Origin: a virus
Virus record (IMG/VR): IMGVR_UViG_3300030107_002093
Span: 1 to 64,000 of that record
Strand: one strand, 5' to 3'
Length of the DNA stretch: 64,000 nt
Positions 17,507-26,039 of this stretch are shown here, piece after piece; position 1 is the stretch's first letter, and each line of letters opens with the position of its first letter. Below the pieces are notes generated by a model that had not been told where the DNA came from, ran no database searches, and worked only from the letters and a program-made list of their open reading frames with translations. The position numbers were made by a program, and so were the translations under genes.

Positions 17507-20149
17507 ATGCCTCACTCTGGTCTAGCGTTTGAGAAGGAAGAAGACGGACTCACGAAAAGAGTTCTAGATTTCTTTGAGCGAACCAGATTCGCCTATCTTT
17601 CTGCTAGGGAAGACCCATCTGAGTATGGCCCTAAGTGGAAGAAGATTGTCAAGAAACTCAGAGAGGACTTCGACCAGATAAGCAACTTCGCTAGGGAGTT
17701 GAAGAAATACGTCCAAGAGAAGGAACTCTTCGATGATGATGTATATGACCCAAAGTCCAGAACTGCTGAGACACTGTTCTCACAAGTGAAGGAGATGCGA
17801 TTCAAGTCAGAGAAGATAAGCGACCCATTCTCAAAACTACTAGGGGATGATGTGATTGATACCTTCATGCAAAAACCAGACGTATTCATATCATTCATTC
17901 ACTATGCGATGCGTTCACATCCCAATACCCTACCTGACAAGATTTGGGAGAAGCACGACTTGAAGCCTGATGAGATTACACAGGGAACAATGGGATTGGA
18001 TTTGAAGGTAGAGGATATCCCATTATACATCATAGAGCATTATGGGGCTGAGGGTAAAGATACTCGTAGGGTGAAATCGAAGTTCAAGGGAGCGTTTGCG
18101 AGATTGAAGGAGATGTATAATGATACATATCCTGAAGACAAGTGGGACTCATTGGTGGATTTGGATGTCGTCAAGGCAGAGAAGAGTGAAGAGGAGAAGC
18201 AAGAGGTAGATTTTCTGGTTCCTAACAAGCCCATGTATCGCATATTTGAAACAGATGATTTGAAGCAACTCAAGGGATTTAGTGGTGATTGGCTAGTTCA
18301 AGAGAAGTATGATGGAATGAGAATACAGATACACAAGGAAAAGGAAGACATCAAAATCTACTCCTATAACAAGAAGGACATAACCGAGAAATGTAAACTG
18401 CAAGTGAAGGAGATGCAGAAGAAGAACTTCGGGGATTGCATACTAGACGCTGAGTTAACATTGTTCCTTGATGATGAGCCACTACATAGAGCAGACACCG
18501 TATCCCATGTATTCAAGAAAGAAACCAAGGGTAGGTTATCTGCTCACGTTTTTGACATCATGAAGCATGAGGGCAAGATGATTGCAGATGAGCCATTGAG
18601 GGAGAGAATCAACATACTCTTCTACCAATACAGTTCCCACTCCACTGAGAACCTAGCCTTCCCATCGAAGAAGGACACTAGGATTGCTGATTCAATCAAG
18701 GAGGTCGAGGACTATTCAAAGGAGATAATGTCCCTACCTGCTTCTGAAGGAGTCGTCATCAAGGACATTGAATCGACATACATACTAGGAAAACAGAAGA
18801 ACCCCAAGTGGATTAAGTGGAAGAAGTTCGTTGACTTGGATGTAGTTGTATTGGATGACAAGAAAACGAAGAAGGGACTACATTCCTATAGCATGGGAAT
18901 AGGGCCAGTCAATGCTGAAACCGCAAGAAACTACAAGACTGTTGAGATGGGAGATAAGGCATACCTTCCTGTGGGGAAGGCTCTGAATACCAAGGAGAAG
19001 GTTAGTGTTGGTGATATCGTCAGAGTCAAGGTCGATGAGGTTAAGAAGACAAAGAATGGTTTCAGCCTGTATTCTGCCAAGGTCATTGAGATACCAGAAG
19101 TGACAGAATCCGATAAGGTGGATACTCTAGAACAACTCTCTACTAAGACGAAGAAGTCTCTTGAGTCTGCAATAGAGTATGTTGCTGGTAAGGCAATGGG
19201 TGATAGGTTCAAGGTTATGAGCGGGGTTCAAACTGCGGCCAAAGTAAAGACTGCTGGTGATATAGCCAGAAATAAAAAGAAGAAGAAGGTGAAGAAGGGC
19301 ATCTACATCACTGATGGTATACACGGAACTGCTGAGATTATCCTGAAGAGTGACTTGGATGGGTTTACCATTTACGGTTTTGAGGGAGATGAGTTGATGC
19401 AGAAGAACGCCCTCTACAACATAGATGAGTGGAAGGAAGAACTCAGCAAGATACTGAAGACCAAGAGGTCTGAACTCAGAATGGGAATCAGGAATGACAT
19501 TATCGAATACGGAGACAAGCCAAAGCCCTTCGACAAGATAGTTGATTTCGTAGCGAGGCATTACAAGGAAGTCTTTGAAGAACTGTTTGAGAGTAACCCA
19601 GAGAGGCTAATGTCATGGATGAAGAAGCAGGGAGATATCCAATATGTTCATCCGAACAAGTTCCAAGCAATGGATGATGTTCTAGAGAAGGACATAGAAG
19701 AAGTGAAAAAAAAAGACTCTCCTAAAAAAGGCGAATTTCAACTCTATCAACGAGAAGACGGAAACATAGACTTCGTTATTTCTGCTGGCGAAGAGAAGAT
19801 GGTTTGGACTATAGACATAGAAGATACGGAAGACGTATTCAATCTATTTGGGAAGTCAGGTAAATTCCCCGCTATAGTTGCTGATACCGTTAATGAGAAC
19901 AAACTATTGGATGCTGGTGAATTAGAACTAGGAGTTCAGAAGGATGGCTATCATGAATATCGTTTGGATGGTGACAAATTCCAGACTAGAATGCATCTTC
20001 GCGTAGTGCCATTGGATGAGCAGAAGGCATGGTTGGCTTGGACAGGAAAGAAGCAAGAGATGCTAGACAAGAAAGAGGATAAGGGAGTATGGAAAATTAC
20101 AGAAGATAAATGGGCTAATTTGCCATTTCCCAAGGAAAAGAGCGAGTAG
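17507..20149 (+). CDS. ATP-dependent DNA ligase (adenylation + OB domains) with large N- and C-terminal extensions
   Basis: Motif I QEKYDGMR, ILDAEL, HVFDIM, SEGVVIK, WIKWKK, then OB-fold segment; about 220-aa N-terminal and about 270-aa C-terminal extra domains. Confidence 0.88.
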   Translation: MPHSGLAFEKEEDGLTKRVLDFFERTRFAYLSAREDPSEYGPKWKKIVKKLREDFDQISNFARELKKYVQEKELFDDDVYDPKSRTAETLFSQVKEMRFKSEKISDPFSKLLGDDVIDTFMQKPDVFISFIHYAMRSHPNTLPDKIWEKHDLKPDEITQGTMGLDLKVEDIPLYIIEHYGAEGKDTRRVKSKFKGAFARLKEMYNDTYPEDKWDSLVDLDVVKAEKSEEEKQEVDFLVPNKPMYRIFETDDLKQLKGFSGDWLVQEKYDGMRIQIHKEKEDIKIYSYNKKDITEKCKLQVKEMQKKNFGDCILDAELTLFLDDEPLHRADTVSHVFKKETKGRLSAHVFDIMKHEGKMIADEPLRERINILFYQYSSHSTENLAFPSKKDTRIADSIKEVEDYSKEIMSLPASEGVVIKDIESTYILGKQKNPKWIKWKKFVDLDVVVLDDKKTKKGLHSYSMGIGPVNAETARNYKTVEMGDKAYLPVGKALNTKEKVSVGDIVRVKVDEVKKTKNGFSLYSAKVIEIPEVTESDKVDTLEQLSTKTKKSLESAIEYVAGKAMGDRFKVMSGVQTAAKVKTAGDIARNKKKKKVKKGIYITDGIHGTAEIILKSDLDGFTIYGFEGDELMQKNALYNIDEWKEELSKILKTKRSELRMGIRNDIIEYGDKPKPFDKIVDFVARHYKEVFEELFESNPERLMSWMKKQGDIQYVHPNKFQAMDDVLEKDIEEVKKKDSPKKGEFQLYQREDGNIDFVISAGEEKMVWTIDIEDTEDVFNLFGKSGKFPAIVADTVNENKLLDAGELELGVQKDGYHEYRLDGDKFQTRMHLRVVPLDEQKAWLAWTGKKQEMLDKKEDKGVWKITEDKWANLPFPKEKSE

Positions 20150-20150
20150 A

Positions 20151-20158
20151 TTAAATAG
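20151..20158 (+). promoter_or_regulatory. candidate archaeal TATA box (TTAAATAG) upstream of the protease-capsid genes
   Basis: AT-rich box in the only spacer between ligase and protease; position only. Confidence 0.3.
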
Positions 20159-20170
20159 TAAGAAAAAAAG

Positions 20171-21385
20171 GTGATTGGAGTGTTAGCAACAACAGGAGTA
20201 TTATTGAAAGCAGAAAACAATGCTGAGTTTAGCATTCTGAAATCAGATAATCTAGTAATTGGAGGGTATGCATCTATAGAAATTGTAGACAAGCAAAACG
20301 ACTTAATTACACTAGAAGCATTGGAAGAAGCAGTCAAGAAATACATGACGAAAGAAAAATACAGAAATGTAATGTCAAATCATTCAAATGTTCAAGTCGG
20401 GGAGGTCATAGAAAAATACCGAGATTCCAACGGTGTCCTACACAAAACTGCTGTAGACGATGTTGGGTTCTATGTAGTAATCAAGATGCGCGATGACATC
20501 GAGAAGGCTAAGGAAATCTCAAGAGGTATTAGGAAAGGAACATTACGGTCTTTCAGCATAGGTGGACAGGCGATATCAAAGAAACAGAGAAAATCTGAGG
20601 AGTTTGGGGAATACAACGAGATAGAAAAACTTGAGTTGCATGAAGTTACTGTCTGTGAAAAAGGAATAAACCCGGAAGCAAAATTCGACATTTTGAAAAT
20701 GGAGGAAAAGAAAATGAGTGGAAAACTGGAAAAAGCCCTTGAGGAGTTGAATAGCCTGATGAAGCAGGTCAATTCGCTCCAAAAGGAAGAAGAAAGCGAA
20801 GAAATAATGGAGAAAGGTGACGAGTATATGGACACTGAACCCGAAGAGGACATGGGAGAAATGGGCGGCGAAGACGACCTAGAACTTTCAGACGACAGCG
20901 AGGAGAAGGCTCTTGATGAGGACTCAACAAGAGACTACGAGGCTGGCGAGGAAGTTGTTAGCGGCGGAAACCCGACTGCAACCCCAGCACCTCTGAAGGT
21001 TTCTAAGGGATTGGAGAATGGCGATTTCTCTACTCTTGACCTAAGTGTGGAGAATGTCGAGAAGGCATATGAAGCATTCAAGGCCGAGAAGTTAGAGGCA
21101 ATGGCATATGATTCCCTTAACAAGGAGTTCAGTGAGCGTCTAACCGCAGAACTGTCTGTAAAGAAGTCGGCGGCTGAGAGAGCAGAGTATGATGCTCGCA
21201 CAGACGTAGCGGCTCTTAAGGAAGAGTTCGCGGAACTACGCAAGTCCCTTTCGGCAGAAAGCGATGAGATAAAGAAGGCAAGAGAGGTTGCTTTTGAGAT
21301 TCCTGAAGGAATCCCAACCAATACTCTTCAGGCTTCTGAGATTTCATGGAGTGATATTCACAGTATTGTGGAGAGGTATCAGTGA
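20171..21385 (+). CDS. HK97-type prohead protease fused to acidic/coiled-coil scaffold
   Basis: IGGYAS..VDKQNDLI, SNH (His), RSFSIGG (Ser), LHEVTVCEKGINPEA; true start may be GTG 20180 after AGGTGA. Confidence 0.9.
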   Translation: MIGVLATTGVLLKAENNAEFSILKSDNLVIGGYASIEIVDKQNDLITLEALEEAVKKYMTKEKYRNVMSNHSNVQVGEVIEKYRDSNGVLHKTAVDDVGFYVVIKMRDDIEKAKEISRGIRKGTLRSFSIGGQAISKKQRKSEEFGEYNEIEKLELHEVTVCEKGINPEAKFDILKMEEKKMSGKLEKALEELNSLMKQVNSLQKEEESEEIMEKGDEYMDTEPEEDMGEMGGEDDLELSDDSEEKALDEDSTRDYEAGEEVVSGGNPTATPAPLKVSKGLENGDFSTLDLSVENVEKAYEAFKAEKLEAMAYDSLNKEFSERLTAELSVKKSAAERAEYDARTDVAALKEEFAELRKSLSAESDEIKKAREVAFEIPEGIPTNTLQASEISWSDIHSIVERYQ

Positions 21386-21396
21386 GGTGATTAAGT

Positions 21397-22767
21397 ATGA
21401 CAACAGGACATATTAGAACAATGGCAGACCTAGAAGCCGCAACCTACGGCATGGTCGGAGGAACAGGGAACGCCCTGCTAAAGAGCAGTGGAGTAGTTGG
21501 AGGACTCGGAACGCCACACGATGCGTCATCGAATGCCTTCAGTGCGGCAAGTGGTCTAGGTGACCTTTACAACTTGCTATACGGACAGAAAGTCTGGTCG
21601 ATGCTAAATCAGGAAGTCAATGCACTGTCAATGATTTCCAAGAGGCCATACACTTCCAGTGGTTGGAGAGTTCTAAAGAGCCGACCTGCTGGTGGTAGTG
21701 GCTCTGCATTCGGTATTGGAACAACTGACCCCGGTGCAAACACGGCTGACCTATCTGGAATAGCCGCCGACATGATTGGTGGTGTTGCAGAGAACGCTGA
21801 ACTTGGTGGAGATGCTTCTTTCAGAGCATTGTCGCCAGAATACACCAAACTATACGTCAGTCCAAAGACTGTTGCACATCTGTTTGAGTTCTCAGAACTT
21901 GGAATGGAGATGGCCGCAATTGACGATGGAGTAGGAGACATCCGCTCAATCGTTAGAGAGGACATGGGCAAGCACCACGCTGAAGTTCAGAACAAGATGC
22001 TACTAATGCCACTTGAGCATTACGACCACGCATCTTATGCTGACATCGAGAACAACTATACGTCACTATACAAGATTGTGTCGTCTGCTGGTGAACTAGC
22101 CGCAATGGGTGACGCAGACATGACTGCAAACAGCACTACCCCCGCAGACCTACCAACACAACTGGTTAGGATTTTCGGAGATGACAGGACTGTAACCAGA
22201 AGCGGTGGAGACTACACCGGAACGGATAACTTCCTTTCGGCTGAGGTTGACTTCGGTTCAGGATACGCCGCAGGTGACGCAAGAGTTCTAACACTGACTC
22301 TTCTAAACGACATGATTAGGAGAATCAGGCAGAACGGTGGAAACCCCAAGGTTATGCTAACTGGATACGATACTATCCAGCACATCTCAGACCTGCTACA
22401 GAGCCAAGAGAGGTTCATGGACAGGAAGGAGATTGTTCCAACGCACAACGGTGTAAGAGGAGTGAAGGGTGCAGAGGTTGGCTTTAGGGTCGCCACTTAC
22501 TACGACATCCCAATTATCCCAGCAAAGGACATGGCACAGACTGGTAACGCAACGGCTAACAAGTTGAGTGACATCATGCTACTAGACACAGACCATCTGT
22601 GGCTATCGGTCATGAAGCCTACTCAATACTTTGAGAACGGTATTACCAATGGTGACCCATTCGGCGTTGGTTCTCTAGGGAATCAGGGAATGTATCGCAC
22701 AATGGGCGAGACTGGTTGCTCCTTCTTCAAGGGCCAAGGAAAGATTACGAACATAACGAGTGCATAG
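21397..22767 (+). CDS. major capsid protein (HK97 fold)
   Basis: Follows protease, strong GAGGTGA SD, 456 aa, C-terminal FKGQGKITNI; candidate maturation site ALLK-S. Confidence 0.88.
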   Translation: MTTGHIRTMADLEAATYGMVGGTGNALLKSSGVVGGLGTPHDASSNAFSAASGLGDLYNLLYGQKVWSMLNQEVNALSMISKRPYTSSGWRVLKSRPAGGSGSAFGIGTTDPGANTADLSGIAADMIGGVAENAELGGDASFRALSPEYTKLYVSPKTVAHLFEFSELGMEMAAIDDGVGDIRSIVREDMGKHHAEVQNKMLLMPLEHYDHASYADIENNYTSLYKIVSSAGELAAMGDADMTANSTTPADLPTQLVRIFGDDRTVTRSGGDYTGTDNFLSAEVDFGSGYAAGDARVLTLTLLNDMIRRIRQNGGNPKVMLTGYDTIQHISDLLQSQERFMDRKEIVPTHNGVRGVKGAEVGFRVATYYDIPIIPAKDMAQTGNATANKLSDIMLLDTDHLWLSVMKPTQYFENGITNGDPFGVGSLGNQGMYRTMGETGCSFFKGQGKITNITSA

Positions 22768-22781
22768 GTGGGTGATTTCGT

Positions 22782-23144
22782 ATGACTGAAGAAGTTTTTA
22801 CGGTTACCATCCTACCTGACCACAAAGGACACACTGCTCCCCATGTTCACGGTGATGAGTATTTCGTGGATGCAGTAGTGGATGTTTCAACATATGACGC
22901 ATCTGGTGTAGTGTTTAGTGCAAGTGACTTCGGACTATCGAGAGTCAATGCAGTTACACTGACCGGAACCGCGAATGTGTTGTTCTACCCAACCTTCGTA
23001 GTCTCAGAAGCAGGTGCATACACATCTAACAACTCGTTTACCATGTTGTTAGTGCAAGCACTACAGGCTACACCAGCAGAAGTTGCTGACGGTGGAACCC
23101 ACAGTGGCATGCAATTCAGGCTTAGAGTCTACGGACTCGTTTGA
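22782..23144 (+). CDS. putative capsid decoration/minor capsid protein
   Basis: Beta-rich 120 aa directly after MCP, GGGTGA SD, followed by a strong hairpin. Confidence 0.5.
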   Translation: MTEEVFTVTILPDHKGHTAPHVHGDEYFVDAVVDVSTYDASGVVFSASDFGLSRVNAVTLTGTANVLFYPTFVVSEAGAYTSNNSFTMLLVQALQATPAEVADGGTHSGMQFRLRVYGLV

Positions 23145-23156
23145 GTAAAACATAAA

Positions 23157-23198
23157 GTAGTAGCCTCTGTCCTAGAACATCAGGACAGGGGTTACTAC
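23157..23198 (+). terminator. 17-bp RNA stem-loop (terminator or mRNA stabiliser)
   Basis: gtagtagcctctgtcct / agaacatc / aggacaggggttactac; both mismatches are G-U on the + transcript; no U-tract. Confidence 0.7.
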
Positions 23199-23219
23199 CC
23201 CAATATAATTGGTGAAATT

Positions 23220-23693
23220 ATGGCAGTAGTTAGAAGCAAGATTGGCAAGATGACTTGGAAGAACTATAGGTTTGACAGGAACGGAACCAGAGTTTCAACT
23301 AGTGATGCAATCATTCTATACGGCGATAGAAACGTCAAGGTAGAGTTCACTGCTGATGATAAAGCAACCATACAAAGACTAATGGAAACCTCACCTAAGA
23401 AGGTGAAGCACCTAGCCAAGTATCTCAACTTGCGTGGGCCTGATGCAAAGGAAGTTATGGATTCTCTATATCCTCGTTCTAGAAAAGAGAAGATAATCGG
23501 TAGAGCCAAGGTTCCAGAAGTCAAAGAAGAAGTAAAAGAAGAACCAAAGAAAGAAGAGAAAGAGGGAACTCCTCTTCCTCCTGACCTAAACAAACTCACT
23601 GTTAAGGTCTTGAAGGAACATCTAGAAGAGAGGAAACTTTCAACAGAAGGTAAAAAAGCAGACCTCATCAAGAGACTATCAGAGGATGGTTAG
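23220..23693 (+). CDS. protein with C-terminal SAP (HeH) domain
   Basis: DLNKLTVKVLKEHLEERKLSTEGKKADLIKRL matches the SAP consensus. Confidence 0.8.
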   Translation: MAVVRSKIGKMTWKNYRFDRNGTRVSTSDAIILYGDRNVKVEFTADDKATIQRLMETSPKKVKHLAKYLNLRGPDAKEVMDSLYPRSRKEKIIGRAKVPEVKEEVKEEPKKEEKEGTPLPPDLNKLTVKVLKEHLEERKLSTEGKKADLIKRLSEDG

Positions 23694-24002
23694 ATGAGTA
23701 GCGGAACATGCTTCAGTAGTGGTGTCAGAACTGCTGACGCAATTATTACCAAGAGTAGGTGTAAACTAATCTCAATTAGAGCATCTACAGTTACAGATGG
23801 AACATTCACCGTAAAGGTTTACGATAGTGCTGACAACGACCCAAGTGCGGCAGGTGAAGTAGAAGTAGCACGAATGCAAATACACTCCACTGGTGCAACC
23901 AGAGGGAATTCAATGGAATACGACATGCATGGGGTAGTATGCCAAAATGGTATCTTTGTTGATATCACTGGAACAGGTGCTTACTCAATAGAATATGCGT
24001 GA
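23694..24002 (+). CDS. small beta-rich protein, probably virion structural
   Basis: 102 aa; composition and position only. Confidence 0.55.
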   Translation: MSSGTCFSSGVRTADAIITKSRCKLISIRASTVTDGTFTVKVYDSADNDPSAAGEVEVARMQIHSTGATRGNSMEYDMHGVVCQNGIFVDITGTGAYSIEYA

Positions 24003-24007
24003 TTAAT

Positions 24008-24439
24008 ATGCCAAGTATAGATACAGACACAAGACTAGTGATGACAATACTGTTCGTAGGAGCAGTCAGTGGAATAAATATCTACTTTTATTCCCAATAT
24101 GGAATAACGTTCCCTTACGGTGCGGTTGAGCATTCATTGCTCTTCGGGATTAGCACCATTGGTGGGATAATGATAATGAAGGCATTGTTCGATATGGTCG
24201 TTAATGACTGGATTGAGGAATACCTACTACAAAGGAGAATAGACGCTTATTGGGCTAGGAAGGCTAGGGAAGAGGAGAACCGCAAGAGAGTCCGAGAGTC
24301 CTTCAGGCAGTTCCAGCAGAATTGGAATACCACAGTCGCTTCTCCCTCAAACATATACGGGGATAGCAACCTACCTAGTCTGAATCCAACCAAGGGAGGA
24401 GTAAACCCATCTTTCCTAACATTGGAGACTGAGCAGTAG
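24008..24439 (+). CDS. membrane protein, two TM helices plus cytoplasmic coiled coil
   Basis: LVMTILFVGAVSGINIYFY and LLFGISTIGGIMIMKALF hydrophobic stretches. Confidence 0.75.
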   Translation: MPSIDTDTRLVMTILFVGAVSGINIYFYSQYGITFPYGAVEHSLLFGISTIGGIMIMKALFDMVVNDWIEEYLLQRRIDAYWARKAREEENRKRVRESFRQFQQNWNTTVASPSNIYGDSNLPSLNPTKGGVNPSFLTLETEQ

Positions 24440-24451
24440 TGAGGCATATGA

Positions 24452-24676
24452 ATGGTCAGCGAAATCCTATTTGGAATGGATGAATCCACTCTCGCATATG
24501 ACCTTCAACGAGCGCATTCTGCTGACATCTGGTTTCTCAGGGCTAGGTTCTGGTTTTGGGGAATAGTTGGTGGGTTATCCAGTTTCGTATTAGGACAGGC
24601 TATGGCTATCCTCGGCATTAATACTCTCTCCATAGCATGGAATGGTCTAGTGGATTTCTGGAATCATCTGTGGTGA
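24452..24676 (+). CDS. small membrane protein
   Basis: FWFWGIVGGLSSFVLGQAMAILGI; Trp-rich C-terminal helix. Confidence 0.75.
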   Translation: MVSEILFGMDESTLAYDLQRAHSADIWFLRARFWFWGIVGGLSSFVLGQAMAILGINTLSIAWNGLVDFWNHLW

Positions 24677-24680
24677 TTGA

Positions 24681-25352
24681 ATGTCAGTAATGGCGGGTTT
24701 CGCCATACTTATTGTCGAAGGACTAAACAAGATATACCAAAGAGTCCATGCGATTAACTTCGGCATCTATGGTGCTAGTAGAGCAGGGAAGACGACATTG
24801 AATCATCAACTCAGGACAAGAGGGGAGGTTCCTGATATACGACATAGAACCGAGGGGATACAACGTGCCACTAGGAAATACGTCAAACTAGATGGTGACG
24901 CTCATACTGTCAAGACTGCTGATTTGGGAGGACAGACTGTCTATTGGCATGAATGGATAGAGGACATGCGCAATAGAAGACCGAAATACATCATCTTCAT
25001 GATAGATGATAGGCATATGAATAAGCACTATGACATAGAGCAACAACTGTGTTGGACATTCTTGGTGGATACTATCTGTGAACCATACTGGCATAACAGG
25101 AAGAGAAAGAAGAAAAAGAGAGAGATAGACTACCCTATTGCAGTTTCCATTTGGGCCAACAAATACGACTTATGGAAAGACAGGTATGACTATGATGGGC
25201 CAATAGAGAATCACCCCATCTTTGAGGCATTCAGAGCAGGTATGCAGAAGTTGAATGACAAGGGAATACCATGTCACAAATACATAGTCAGTGCTAAATC
25301 TGACTCGGAGATGGTATACAGGGGAGTCCTAACAATGATAAAGGACTACTAG
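24681..25352 (+). CDS. Ras-superfamily (Arf/Sar/Roc-like) small GTPase
   Basis: G1 GASRAGKT, G2 RTEG, G3 DLGGQ, G4 NKYD, G5 SAK; hydrophobic/amphipathic N-terminal helix. Confidence 0.88.
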   Translation: MSVMAGFAILIVEGLNKIYQRVHAINFGIYGASRAGKTTLNHQLRTRGEVPDIRHRTEGIQRATRKYVKLDGDAHTVKTADLGGQTVYWHEWIEDMRNRRPKYIIFMIDDRHMNKHYDIEQQLCWTFLVDTICEPYWHNRKRKKKKREIDYPIAVSIWANKYDLWKDRYDYDGPIENHPIFEAFRAGMQKLNDKGIPCHKYIVSAKSDSEMVYRGVLTMIKDY

Positions 25353-25364
25353 AGGTGAAGACCC

Positions 25365-26039
25365 ATGAGTATGCAGTTTCAGCCACCTAGCCTCATCGGT
25401 GCTAATTCTACAAACGTAACTAATAATGCGTTTATGGATAGACAGTCTGCGGCGAGAGCGGCAGGTGCAGTAACACAATATGAGTATAAGAACACGAAGC
25501 CAAAGAAACAACTTAAGGAAATAATCAAAATCCTAAAACCAGAATCTAAGAGATTCCTAAAGATTCCATACAAGTTCAAGTATAATATCAAGGATAGATG
25601 TGTGGTTTGTGGAACTCACAAGGTTTGGGATGCCAGTGATAACCTAAGACCGCCATTACCTCTACACAAGGTTCGCAAGGGATATCCAATGAGAGGAACA
25701 TACTGTGAGAAACATGCTGGCATTCATAGGCAGTATGAAATGCTAGAGCAACAGATTCTAGCAGATGAACACGGACTATCCTTTAGCGCATATATTCCAA
25801 AGGCTCCTACAATGCAATCCTTGAACCCTCTAGCCTCTGGGCCTCTAACGAGTTTGAAAGCAACAGATATTGCTTCGTTGGGGTCATTGGGATGGACAAT
25901 CAAACCACCTGTCTCTGAAACAGAGAGTAGGGAAGAAGAATTATTCAGACTTGTCATAGAATCCAGCACAATCAACGAAAGGGTGAAAACATTATTGACT
26001 GAGGGGGCTAAGGTAGCACCAGTGGAGGGTGAGCAGTAA
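25365..26039 (+). CDS. Zn-finger protein
   Basis: CVVC...CEKH; GAGGTGA SD. Confidence 0.7.
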   Translation: MSMQFQPPSLIGANSTNVTNNAFMDRQSAARAAGAVTQYEYKNTKPKKQLKEIIKILKPESKRFLKIPYKFKYNIKDRCVVCGTHKVWDASDNLRPPLPLHKVRKGYPMRGTYCEKHAGIHRQYEMLEQQILADEHGLSFSAYIPKAPTMQSLNPLASGPLTSLKATDIASLGSLGWTIKPPVSETESREEELFRLVIESSTINERVKTLLTEGAKVAPVEGEQ

